Assembly: GCA_000402075.1 (NCBI GenBank) | Contig: ARWO01000032.1 | Span: 78,884 to 142,883, forward strand | DNA length: 64,000 nucleotides | Origin: Thaumarchaeota archaeon SCGC AAA007-O23 | Lineage (GTDB): Archaea > Thermoproteota > Nitrososphaeria > Nitrososphaerales > Nitrosopumilaceae | Direction: 5' to 3' | Shown here: one piece after another, positions 47,557 through 57,152 of the stretch | How positions within the stretch are numbered: the first letter of the stretch is position 1 | Layout: each line of letters starts with the position of its first letter | The notes under the pieces: model-generated | Database searches by the model: none | What the model was told of the DNA's origin: nothing | The model's input: the letters and a program-made list of their open reading frames with translations, nothing else | Program-made: the position numbers and the translations under genes

Positions 47557-49728
47557 TTATTTTGAATTTAATCCTGTATTTTTTTCCATGTCTGATTTTA
47601 CATTATTATAAATTGACTTGATGTGATTGAGTTCTGCAATGCTGCTAACTTGTGGTATCATGATTTGTGGTTTTGCATTGATCTTTTTCTTTACAAGCTC
47701 TGCTGTTGCCTCAAATACAGCTTTAATCTGCATTTCATAAATTTCCGGGCTTGTAATCCCAAGTCTGACGCCACGATGTCCCATCATCGGGTTAACTTCC
47801 TCTAATTCCTTAGATCTAGCCAAAACTTTTTTATTTTTTGAGGATGGTAAAAATTCGTGTAGAGGTGGATCTAATAGTCTGATTGTGACTTTGTATCCCT
47901 CCATTGCTTTTAGAATTCCTATGAAATCAGATTTTTGTAATTTTTGTAGTTTTTCTAAAATTTCTTGTCTCTCTTTTGGCTTTTTTGCCATGATCATTTT
48001 TACAAATAGTTTAATCCTGTCTTTTTCATTGAACATTCTTTCTGTCCTACACAATCCAATTCCTTCTGCTCCATACTCTCTTGCAAGTTTTGCAGCATTT
48101 GGTGTATCAGCATTTGCACGTATTCCTAATTTTTTTATTTTTTGAGCCCAGCCAAGAATTGTTTCAAAGTCTTTTGTCTTCTTTGGTTTTACTGTTGGCA
48201 CATTACCGATAAAGACCGTACCAGTAGTACCGTCTATTGTTATTTCATCCATCTCCTTCACAATTATTCCATTTGCTTTGCATCTGTCATGCTCTTCATC
48301 AATCTTTAATTCGTTACATCCTACGATACACGATTTACCCATTCCTCGTGATACTATTGCAGCATGTGATGTTTTTCCACCAAGACTTGTTAAAATTCCC
48401 TGTGATGGATAGAATGCTGGAACATCTTCAGGTTTTGTTTCTTTTCTAATCAAAATTACTTTTTTGCCAGACTCACCTAATTCCATTGCTTTTTTCACAT
48501 CAAAAATTGCAATTCCATTTGCAGCACCAGGTGATGCCGCAATTCCTTTTGCTAGTTGTTTGAATTGTTTAGCCTTTTTTTCATCTATAGTGTTATGTAA
48601 TAATGCCTCTAATTGCTCTGCAGGAATTCTTAATAAAGATCTATTCTTGTCAATTAATTTCTCTTTTACCATGTCGACAGATGTTTTTACGTAACCTTGT
48701 GCAGCCATTTTTGCACCTCTTGTCTGAAGTAAATAGAATTTTCCCTGTTCAACAGTAAACTCTATGTCTTGCACTTCTTTGAAGTGGTTTTCCAATTTTG
48801 TACATGCATTATTTAGTTCCTTATACGATTGTGGCATTTCTTTTTTTAACTCAACAATTTCTTTTCCAGTTCTTACACCTGCAACAACATCTTCACCCTG
48901 TGCATTAGTGAGATATTCACCTTCAAGTTCTTTTTTCCCGTTAGCTCCACTTCTAGTAAATACAACACCCGTTGCACTGTCATCTCCCATGTTACCAAAG
49001 ACCATCGTAACAACATTAACAGCTGTCCCATCTGCAATATCTTTTGTAATTTTACTTTCTCGTCTGTATTTCACTGCTCTCTCACCCATCCAACTTTTGA
49101 AGACAGCCTCAATTGCTAATCTAAGCTGTTCATTAGGCGTGTCAGGGAATTTTCTTTTTGTATGTTTTTCACATATTTTCTTATACTTTGAAACTATGTT
49201 TTTTAACGATTTGACATTTAATTTACTATCATCTTTTACTTTTTGTTTTTTCTTTGCAGCCTCTAAAACTTTGTCAAATTTTTTATCATTTACTCCAAAT
49301 ACGACTTTTCCAAATAATTGAATAAATCTTCTATACGAATCCCATGAAAATCTAGGATTCTTTGTTTGTTCTGCAAACCCTTCTACTGTCTTTTCATTTA
49401 ATCCTAAATTCAAAATTGTATCCATCATTCCTGGCATAGAAATTGCAGCACCTGATCTAACTGAGACTAGTAATGGATTTTTTATAGAATTCCATTTTTT
49501 ATTTGTCTTTTTTTCCATTTTAGCAATATTTTTCATTACTAAAGGCATTACATCTTTTGGAAGTTTTTTTCCATTTTCATAATATTTGTTGCAAACTTCT
49601 GTTGTGATTGTAAATCCAGGAGGTACAGGAAGTTTGAGTCTTGTCATTTCACTTAGACCGGCACCCTTACCACCCAACAACATTCTGTTTTTGCTGTCTG
49701 CATCCTCAAACGCATAGATCGATTTCAT
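47557..49728 (-). CDS. ppdK: pyruvate, phosphate dikinase, N-terminal fragment (ATP-grasp plus phospho-His domain plus start of the PEP/pyruvate domain)
   Basis: 723 aa. GGKGAGL, the catalytic His loop GGKTSHAAIVSRGMG, and LCRTERMF. Terminates prematurely at ...EKNTGLNSK*. Confidence 0.9.
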   Translation of the reverse strand: MKSIYAFEDADSKNRMLLGGKGAGLSEMTRLKLPVPPGFTITTEVCNKYYENGKKLPKDVMPLVMKNIAKMEKKTNKKWNSIKNPLLVSVRSGAAISMPGMMDTILNLGLNEKTVEGFAEQTKNPRFSWDSYRRFIQLFGKVVFGVNDKKFDKVLEAAKKKQKVKDDSKLNVKSLKNIVSKYKKICEKHTKRKFPDTPNEQLRLAIEAVFKSWMGERAVKYRRESKITKDIADGTAVNVVTMVFGNMGDDSATGVVFTRSGANGKKELEGEYLTNAQGEDVVAGVRTGKEIVELKKEMPQSYKELNNACTKLENHFKEVQDIEFTVEQGKFYLLQTRGAKMAAQGYVKTSVDMVKEKLIDKNRSLLRIPAEQLEALLHNTIDEKKAKQFKQLAKGIAASPGAANGIAIFDVKKAMELGESGKKVILIRKETKPEDVPAFYPSQGILTSLGGKTSHAAIVSRGMGKSCIVGCNELKIDEEHDRCKANGIIVKEMDEITIDGTTGTVFIGNVPTVKPKKTKDFETILGWAQKIKKLGIRANADTPNAAKLAREYGAEGIGLCRTERMFNEKDRIKLFVKMIMAKKPKERQEILEKLQKLQKSDFIGILKAMEGYKVTIRLLDPPLHEFLPSSKNKKVLARSKELEEVNPMMGHRGVRLGITSPEIYEMQIKAVFEATAELVKKKINAKPQIMIPQVSSIAELNHIKSIYNNVKSDMEKNTGLNSK

Positions 49729-49765
49729 TGTTATCGCTAGATTATCAAATCAAATTGAGCCGTTT

Positions 49766-50422
49766 TTAAAGGATTGCCTTAGCAAATCCTTCAATATCTT
49801 TATTCCAATTTCTGGATTTGACAATTCCACTTGCAACCAGAATTCCATGTGAGCCTAATTCAATTGCACGTTCAACATCATCAGATGTTACAATTCCTGC
49901 ACCACAAAGAAGCTTTGTTGAATTCCTTGCTTTTTTTACAGCCAATAGTGATTTTGTAATCAGTTCAGGCCGTTCATTAGAAATCGCTCTACCAGTACCG
50001 ATTAATTCTGGCGGTTCAATTGCAATGTATGTAGGGTTTAGTTTTGCATATTTTTCCGCCTCACGCACGTTTTTTACGCAAACAACTGTTTTCATTTTTA
50101 ATTTTTTGAGTCTTTTAACTAGGTTTATGATTTCTTTAGACGAAATTCTATGTTCACTGTGATTAATTAGTGCACCATTAACTTTGGATTTTTTTACGAT
50201 TTCAGGAATCATGTATCCAGTAGTACTTCCAATTTTGGCATCATCAAGATGTTGTGCAAACACAAGTAATTTTGATTTCTTTATTGATGCTAATAGATGA
50301 TGAGGTGGAGCTATTGCAATTTGAATTTTGTATTTTTTTGAAATTTTTTCTGCAATCTGAGAAAGTTTGTTAATCTTTTCACCAGAAATTTCATTATAGT
50401 TTTTACAGTTAATTATGAACAT
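49766..50422 (-). CDS. tpiA: triosephosphate isomerase (short archaeal type)
   Basis: MFIINCKNY..., INHSEHR, AIEPPELIGTG and CGAGI. Start moved to Met12 of the track ORF. Confidence 0.9.
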   Translation of the reverse strand: MFIINCKNYNEISGEKINKLSQIAEKISKKYKIQIAIAPPHHLLASIKKSKLLVFAQHLDDAKIGSTTGYMIPEIVKKSKVNGALINHSEHRISSKEIINLVKRLKKLKMKTVVCVKNVREAEKYAKLNPTYIAIEPPELIGTGRAISNERPELITKSLLAVKKARNSTKLLCGAGIVTSDDVERAIELGSHGILVASGIVKSRNWNKDIEGFAKAIL

Positions 50423-50423
50423 C

Positions 50424-50714
50424 CTATTCACTTGTTGTCTGAGCAACCTTCTCATATTTTAATTTCATAGATAATACAATCATCGTTAAAACCATTGCAG
50501 CTATATTAACGCCCATAATGTAAACATCATCCAAAGCAATTCCATAAACTAACCACAAGGCTGCACCAGCAAAAATTAGGATCATTAGATATGATGAAAC
50601 ATCATTCAGCCTTTTGGTTTTGTAGCCCCTAGCAATTTGTGGGACCCAGCCTGATAGAATTAAGATGCCGGCTACGATACCGATTATTCCCATCGTTGTT
50701 TCGTCTAATTCCAT
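50424..50714 (-). CDS. PQ-loop / SemiSWEET-like 3-TM membrane protein
   Basis: 96 aa with three TM helices and the PQ motif in TM1 (SGWVPQIARGYKTK). Its stop lies 1 nt from the tpiA start. Confidence 0.7.
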   Translation of the reverse strand: MELDETTMGIIGIVAGILILSGWVPQIARGYKTKRLNDVSSYLMILIFAGAALWLVYGIALDDVYIMGVNIAAMVLTMIVLSMKLKYEKVAQTTSE

Positions 50715-50720
50715 TTTATT

Positions 50721-53279
50721 TTAATTCCAAAAGAATTGTTCAAGTCCAGTTTGTTTTGGTTTTCCTAAAATTGTATCAAAATCCAAGTCCATTGATGATG
50801 TTAGCTGGTCTAGTGTCCTTTCCATAAATTCCATATATTTTGATGTGTCAATCTCGCTTTTGCGTGCCATTTCAATTGGTCTGACTCCAGGCTTGTTTAA
50901 TATTTTGACATATGATATTTTGTCTCCTTTTTTTATTTCTCTGATCGACTCTAATTGTTTTGCTGCACGAATATGTTGTGGCACCGTTTTTGTATATTCT
51001 TTTGGTGCTTTGCTTAAATTTACATTGAAAGCCAGATCTTGCAATGGTATTTCTTTAGCTTGCACCTTTCTTGCACATTCAGTAATCTTGTCAGAAATTT
51101 TATTTTTTGCCCTTTTGAATTCCTCAGCTGTTTTAATTTCAGATAGTATGTCAAGCAACTCGTAAAACAATGTTTTGATAAATGCCGGTGTATGTGATTT
51201 CTTTCCCGTTAGACCCTTAACATCTACTTTACCATTTTTTGTAACACCAAGATAATTCTTTTTTCTTCCGCTTAATACAACATATCTGTATTCTTTCTCA
51301 ATTTCTAATTCTACATTATGGTCCATCTTTGCTTTAGTAATTATATCCTCAACCTGCTTGGAAGTAGGTTTCTTCACAAACAGTGAATCAGTATCTCCGT
51401 ATAGAACTTCAATTCCAGATTCTTTACAATTGTTAATAGTACTTAGAATAATATGTCTGCCTGTTGCAGTTGTTGCCTCTGCCGCAGGCAAAAAGTATAA
51501 TGGAAAAATCTCTGCACCCATAACTCCATAGCTTGCATTTAGTATTACCTTAAGCGCTTGGCTTACAACAGTAAAAAGTTGCTTCTCCTCAACCGTGAGC
51601 GTGTCCTTTTTTGCCATATTTTTGTAATAGTTTACTCTCAAATCCCTCAATGAGCCAATTAGTACAGATGTTAAACCATTTCTTTTGGTGCAGACCCAGT
51701 GATTTGTTTGAGGTATAGTATTTTTCTTACACGCATCATGTGAGCATCTTACAGTTTCATATGATAGATTTTTCACTTTTATAATACTGGGGTACAGACT
51801 TGCAAAATCCATAACCGTAACGTCAAAATGTATTCCCTCTACTGGCTCAACTACTAAACCACCTCGAAATTTCTTGTCTTTTATTACTGCCTCATTTATT
51901 ACATTAGATGATTTAGCGTCAAGTTCTTGCCTTCTTGGAATTAAAATTCCATTTTGTCTGTGTTCATAATATAGTAAGCTACGAATCCATTGTGAAACAC
52001 CCATCCTAGATATGTCATCAATTGGCATTCTTGCAATTCTGCTAATTACAATAAGCAAATTCATCAACAAATCATTGTTAAAGCCAGTTAGGTTGTACGT
52101 TAACCTAGCATCATTTTGGCAATAGTTTGCAGTTTGATATAGCGTTAAATCATTAAGCTCAACACCATAATCGATTTTCTCTTCACCAAGTAAGCCTTTT
52201 GATACACTGTTGAGCGAAAAATCACTATACTTTTGACCAAAAGCATAGATTTGAAATGCTCGGTTGGACATAGTTCTATACAAATCAAGATGCACACCAT
52301 CAGTTAGTGTAGCTGAGTCCCTCATCATGTATAACGGATTTTTTTGTCTGTCAATTCCAAGTCTGCTAGCACGGTTATACAGATACGGTAAATCAAATCC
52401 ATCACCATTGTATGTGATAAGTAATGGATATTTTTTCATCAGTTCAAATGTATCTAATATCATTTCCTTTTCTTTTGTTTCTTCATAAAATACGATCTTG
52501 ACACCTGGTAATAGTTCATTTACACCTTCTTCAATTCCACTTTTCCGTAAAACAAAAACTTGTTTTAATCCATCACTACCCTCAAAACCTACAGCTGTGA
52601 TTCTTTTTTCCGCAATTTTTGGATCTGGGATACGGCCAATCTCTGATTCGACTTCAATATCTAGACTAATCCTCTTGATCTTTGGTATAGGCTGATTGAG
52701 AAGGTTTGCCCATTGTGAGACATGTTCATCAAATTGTTTTGGGTCTGGTAAGTTGGTATCACTCTGTTTATCTAATAACATACTCTTTAATGATAATTTA
52801 GTTTCATCAGAAATTTCTAAATCATATGGAACAACAGCATCATTCTCAATTTTGTAATATTTACCAACAATCAGTGAACTATCGTAAAGATAACTTTCAT
52901 AATATTTTATATCAGATTCCCAAGTGTCGATTAAGTTTCTAATACTTTTGCTTGTTTGTGTGCCACCAATTGCTAAGGGATCTTGGACTAATATTTTTGA
53001 TACATCAATTGGTTTATCATGTAATATGTCCAGCAGTTTAACTTGTTTTATCTCAATAACGTCATCCCGCTCAGAAATTTCAATTGGTATCTCATCTGGT
53101 GATAGTTTGGAATAACAGTATGGCTTGTGCCCTGATTTGTCTGCCCATAAAAAAATTCTTTGAGATACTGGTTCATAGAATTTTAAAATTGCTGCATGTT
53201 TTTGGATATTGTATGTAGCAGAGATTAATAATCCATATGGCATATTTTCCGTTTTATTTTCTTCCTGCTGGTTTGACAT
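50721..53279 (-). CDS. polB: DNA polymerase, family B
   Basis: Exo motifs (ISLDIEV, YNGDGFDLPYL), SLYPSII, KVILNASYG and YGDTDS. No intein. Confidence 0.95.
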   Translation of the reverse strand: MSNQQEENKTENMPYGLLISATYNIQKHAAILKFYEPVSQRIFLWADKSGHKPYCYSKLSPDEIPIEISERDDVIEIKQVKLLDILHDKPIDVSKILVQDPLAIGGTQTSKSIRNLIDTWESDIKYYESYLYDSSLIVGKYYKIENDAVVPYDLEISDETKLSLKSMLLDKQSDTNLPDPKQFDEHVSQWANLLNQPIPKIKRISLDIEVESEIGRIPDPKIAEKRITAVGFEGSDGLKQVFVLRKSGIEEGVNELLPGVKIVFYEETKEKEMILDTFELMKKYPLLITYNGDGFDLPYLYNRASRLGIDRQKNPLYMMRDSATLTDGVHLDLYRTMSNRAFQIYAFGQKYSDFSLNSVSKGLLGEEKIDYGVELNDLTLYQTANYCQNDARLTYNLTGFNNDLLMNLLIVISRIARMPIDDISRMGVSQWIRSLLYYEHRQNGILIPRRQELDAKSSNVINEAVIKDKKFRGGLVVEPVEGIHFDVTVMDFASLYPSIIKVKNLSYETVRCSHDACKKNTIPQTNHWVCTKRNGLTSVLIGSLRDLRVNYYKNMAKKDTLTVEEKQLFTVVSQALKVILNASYGVMGAEIFPLYFLPAAEATTATGRHIILSTINNCKESGIEVLYGDTDSLFVKKPTSKQVEDIITKAKMDHNVELEIEKEYRYVVLSGRKKNYLGVTKNGKVDVKGLTGKKSHTPAFIKTLFYELLDILSEIKTAEEFKRAKNKISDKITECARKVQAKEIPLQDLAFNVNLSKAPKEYTKTVPQHIRAAKQLESIREIKKGDKISYVKILNKPGVRPIEMARKSEIDTSKYMEFMERTLDQLTSSMDLDFDTILGKPKQTGLEQFFWN

Positions 53280-53280
53280 T

Positions 53281-53793
53281 TTACAAATTTAGTAATGATT
53301 TTGTCCAGTATTGAATTTTGTTTTTATCCAGCATTTCAATAGAAATACCTGATTCCTTAATCAGATCAAAATCAGTCTCAGGATAAGTATTAAGGCATAT
53401 TATTTTTTTAATTCCAATGGTAATTGCCATTTTACTGCATTCTAAGCATGGAACAAATGTGCTATACAAAATTGCATCCTTATTACCTGCTTCAATGCCC
53501 AAAATTGCACAGTGCATTATTGCGTTAGATTCGGCATGGTTGCAAATGCATCGATCAAGTGAAGCACCAGATTTAATTTTTCCATCCATCCTATCTTGGC
53601 ATCTTTTACATCCACCCTCAAAACAGTTTTTGATTCCAGGTGGAGTTCCATTATAACCCGTAGCAATTTGTCTGTGGTTCCGAACTATTACCGCACCAAC
53701 CTTTCGTGTCATGCAGTTTGAACGTAATTTAGCCAATTCAGCTTGTAACATGAAATATTCATCCCATGATGGTCTTTCAAACTGTGTTGGCAC
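53281..53793 (-). CDS. dCMP deaminase (CMP/dCMP deaminase zinc-binding family)
   Basis: HAESNAI ... PCLECSK zinc ligands. GTG start. Stop lies 1 nt from the polB start. Confidence 0.85.
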   Translation of the reverse strand: MPTQFERPSWDEYFMLQAELAKLRSNCMTRKVGAVIVRNHRQIATGYNGTPPGIKNCFEGGCKRCQDRMDGKIKSGASLDRCICNHAESNAIMHCAILGIEAGNKDAILYSTFVPCLECSKMAITIGIKKIICLNTYPETDFDLIKESGISIEMLDKNKIQYWTKSLLNL

Positions 53794-53887
53794 GAAGATG
53801 TTTTCATATTCTCCAATATATCATTATGAAAAGTAATGTTAGTAATTTCATATGTTATATAGGGTAAAAATATGAATCTGACCGTCA

Positions 53888-54490
53888 ATGGGAAGAAGAG
53901 CAAGAGAAGAGAGACAAGAAAAACGAGAAGATTACGCTGCTAAAATATCTAAGAATAAGCGCAAAACTAATCTCATGGCTACTGGACTTTTAGCATTAAT
54001 TGCAGTGATTGTTGGATATTCAATATTTCTCTTCATGACACAAGTTGATACTAGTGGTGCACTTGGTGCGCCAGACGGTTCAGGAAGATTGGGTGATGAG
54101 CATGAACATGCCTCCTTACTTGTAAGAATTTTTGGCGACAAACTTGACTTTTCTAGTCCAGCCTACCAAATCAAAAGTAGTTGGATCCACTTTGAGGATA
54201 GTGATGGTACTACCATTCATAGACACTCATCAGGAGTAACGCTTGGCTATTTGTTTAATGGTATGGGTTTTACTGTTAACGATGAATGTTTTGCATTTCC
54301 AGATGGAAGAGAATTTTGTACTAACGAAGATTATTCACTCAAGTATTACATTAACCACCAATCTGTAGGCAATATCTATGATCATGTTCTTGAAGATGAT
54401 GATCGAATTTTAATTTCATTTGGTCCTGAAACACCTGAAGAAATTGAAGAGCAATTAATTGAACTTGATTCACAAATAATTAAAGGATGA
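53888..54490 (+). CDS. hypothetical membrane-anchored protein
   Basis: 200 aa. Basic N-terminus, one TM helix (LLALIAVIVGYSIFLF), and an extracytoplasmic domain with His/Cys-containing segments (EHEHA, IHRH, CFAFPDGREFC). Confidence 0.55.
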   Translation: MGRRAREERQEKREDYAAKISKNKRKTNLMATGLLALIAVIVGYSIFLFMTQVDTSGALGAPDGSGRLGDEHEHASLLVRIFGDKLDFSSPAYQIKSSWIHFEDSDGTTIHRHSSGVTLGYLFNGMGFTVNDECFAFPDGREFCTNEDYSLKYYINHQSVGNIYDHVLEDDDRILISFGPETPEEIEEQLIELDSQIIKG

Positions 54491-54524
54491 ATTACTAATA
54501 GACACAAAATAATTTTGTTTATAA

Positions 54525-54839
54525 TCATTCAGACAATCTTTTTCTAATATATGGTAACTGTGCTCTAATAATTTCAAGAATATCTACACGTGTCAATTCA
54601 TCAATCTCACAATTAAATTTGCTTTTAAAAAATTCACGATATCTCTGATCTAAAACTGTGATTACAGATCCTTCAAAAAAACTGAGTTCATCTTCAGGAT
54701 TGAAAACAATGGTTCTAATATTATGATGGCCTAAAAAATCATAATAATCAATTAGGCTATCTAAATTGTTTAAATCATCCCTTACATCCTGGATAAAGGT
54801 TTGAAGTTCATCAGAATCCATGTTTAATGTATTTAACAC
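54525..54839 (-). CDS. hypothetical protein
   Basis: 104-aa ORF. No motif recognised. Confidence 0.45.
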   Translation of the reverse strand: MLNTLNMDSDELQTFIQDVRDDLNNLDSLIDYYDFLGHHNIRTIVFNPEDELSFFEGSVITVLDQRYREFFKSKFNCEIDELTRVDILEIIRAQLPYIRKRLSE

Positions 54840-54902
54840 TAGTTTATGAAATTTACATTTCTAGAATTTAAATTATAGTAACGTGTGTTGAAGATGTTTA
54901 AA

Positions 54903-56588
54903 ATGGAAATATCAAGCAGAAATGTAGTAGAGGGAACATCAAGAGCTCCGCATAGAGCGATGTACAAAGCCATGGGCCTGACTGATGATGATCTTAGCAA
55001 GCCATTCATTGGTGTTTGCCATACAGGAAATGAAGCTACTCCTTGTAACATACATTTACCTGGACTTGCTCAGAAAGCAAAAGATGGTGTAAAGGATGCT
55101 GGTGCTACACCAAGAGAATTTAGTACTATTGCAGTAAGCGATGGAATTGCGATGGGTCATGAAGGCATGAAATCATCGTTAGTTAGCAGAGAAGTCATTG
55201 CCGATTCAATTGAATTAATGGTAAGGGCACACCAATATGATGCACTAGTTGGTATTGCTGGTTGTGACAAAAGTTTACCAGGTACTATGATGGCTATGGC
55301 AAGATTGAACATTCCTTCAGTTTTTGTTTACGGTGGAACAATTATGCCTGGAATGTTAGATGGAAAGGAACTAACAGTTGTTGATGTTTATGAAGCAGTT
55401 GGTTCGTATGATGCGGGAAAGATTTCACTAGAAGAATTAAAAAATATAGAAAATACTGCATGCCCTAATGCTGGATCTTGTGGTGGAATGTTTACAGCTA
55501 ATACAATGGCATCAATTTCTGAGGCAATTGGTATTGCATTACCTGGAAGTGCAAGTCCACCAGCTGAAGATGACAGAAGGGAAAAGATAGTATATGAAAC
55601 CGGTAAAGCATGCACGCAATTACTAGCACAAAACATCAAGCCGCGTGATATCTTAACATTTGAATCGTTTGAAAATGCCATTACAATGTTAAATGCTGTT
55701 GGTGGTTCAACTAATGGTATCTTACATTTACTTGCATTAGCAAATGAGGTTGGAATAAAATTAACATATGATGACTTTGAAAGAATAAGGAAAAAAACAC
55801 CACACATAGCAGACATGAAACCAGGTGGTGATTATGTTATGAACAGTCTAGATAAAATAGGCGGGATACCACTGATAATGAAAAAATTATTAGATAATAA
55901 TCTAATTCACGGTAACACATTAACTGTCACTGGAAAAACAATCGAGGAAAATATTAAACAATATAAAATATCAAGCACTGCTGAGCAACAAATTGTAAGA
56001 GAAATTGAAAATCCGTTACATGGAGTTGGAACTGCTGTAATACTGAAGGGAACTTTGGCTCCTGAAGGGGCTGTAATTAAAACCGCAGGTGTCGAAATGA
56101 CAAAATTCACTGGTAAAGCGAGAGTATTTGATAGTGAAGAATCTGCATTTGATTCTGTTGCAAAAGGTGAAATCAATGAAGGAGATGTCTTAGTTATTAG
56201 ATATGAAGGACCAAAGGGTGGTCCAGGAATGAGAGAAATGCTTGCAACAACTGCTGCAATTGTGGGACAAGGGTTGGGTAAGAAAGTCGCAATGATAACT
56301 GACGGCAGATTTTCTGGTGGAACACGTGGTTTCATGGTTGGGCATGTTGCCCCTGAAGCATTTGTTGGTGGACCAATCGCCCTCGTTAAAGATGATGATG
56401 AAATTAGCATCAATATTGAGGATAATAGCGTCAATCTACATGTATCAGAAAAGGAACTAGAGCAAAGAAGCAAGAAATGGATGATGCCCAAACCAAACTA
56501 CAAGTCAGGTGCACTTGCCAAATATGCACTCCTAGTAGGTTCTGCAGCAAACGGCGCAATAACTGACCCAAGTAATTTCTTAAAATGA
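54903..56588 (+). CDS. ilvD: dihydroxy-acid dehydratase
   Basis: [31 protein letters not shown] and [11 protein letters not shown] 54903 is preferred to the GTG 54885 of the track. Confidence 0.95.
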   Translation: MEISSRNVVEGTSRAPHRAMYKAMGLTDDDLSKPFIGVCHTGNEATPCNIHLPGLAQKAKDGVKDAGATPREFSTIAVSDGIAMGHEGMKSSLVSREVIADSIELMVRAHQYDALVGIAGCDKSLPGTMMAMARLNIPSVFVYGGTIMPGMLDGKELTVVDVYEAVGSYDAGKISLEELKNIENTACPNAGSCGGMFTANTMASISEAIGIALPGSASPPAEDDRREKIVYETGKACTQLLAQNIKPRDILTFESFENAITMLNAVGGSTNGILHLLALANEVGIKLTYDDFERIRKKTPHIADMKPGGDYVMNSLDKIGGIPLIMKKLLDNNLIHGNTLTVTGKTIEENIKQYKISSTAEQQIVREIENPLHGVGTAVILKGTLAPEGAVIKTAGVEMTKFTGKARVFDSEESAFDSVAKGEINEGDVLVIRYEGPKGGPGMREMLATTAAIVGQGLGKKVAMITDGRFSGGTRGFMVGHVAPEAFVGGPIALVKDDDEISINIEDNSVNLHVSEKELEQRSKKWMMPKPNYKSGALAKYALLVGSAANGAITDPSNFLK

Positions 56589-57030
56589 CAGACTATATTC
56601 AGAAAAGATTTTCAAAGTATTAGTGTTATTTGCATTCTTTGTGATTCTCAAGTTTCCACTTGCCTGTTAATTGATGATATCCTTGATTCCAGCTTAAATC
56701 AGATGTACCACATCTATGACACGTCTTACTCACATCCTATTATAGGCACAATTGCCTAATAAATGTACCGTACATTACCGTAATATTGTTAAATTAGTCT
56801 AGTTGTTGATTCAGATTAGATTATTTCTTAATAATATCCGAAATTTTCAACGCTGCCTTAAGACCAATTATCTGTGAATGTATGGCTATTTTTTGCATTC
56901 CAATTCCTATTGAACTCATACAATTAATGCGAGAAATAGATCAAAGAGGTGATCGATTGATTTTCATTGATTAATTGCTAAATTTGTATTTTGCATTGAA
57001 TTATACAGTTTATGCTTGTTTTTTAAACTT

Positions 57031-57093
57031 AGAAACCCATTTTTTATATTAAAAAACCCCAATTTAACACTCAAAAACCCATATTTTATCATG
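57031..57093 (+). promoter_or_regulatory. three direct repeats with exact 21-bp phasing (core AAACCC + A/T-rich tail), 60-120 bp upstream of trpE
   Basis: AAACCC occurs at 57033, 57054 and 57075. The units are agaaacccattttttatatta / aaaaaccccaatttaacactc / aaaaacccatattttatcatg. Function is inferred only (operator and/or stacked BRE-TATA-like elements). Confidence 0.4.
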
Positions 57094-57152
57094 AATTTTG
57101 CTAATACCAAAATCATGGTTTAAATACAGTTCAATTTTGTTCAATTCCATGG

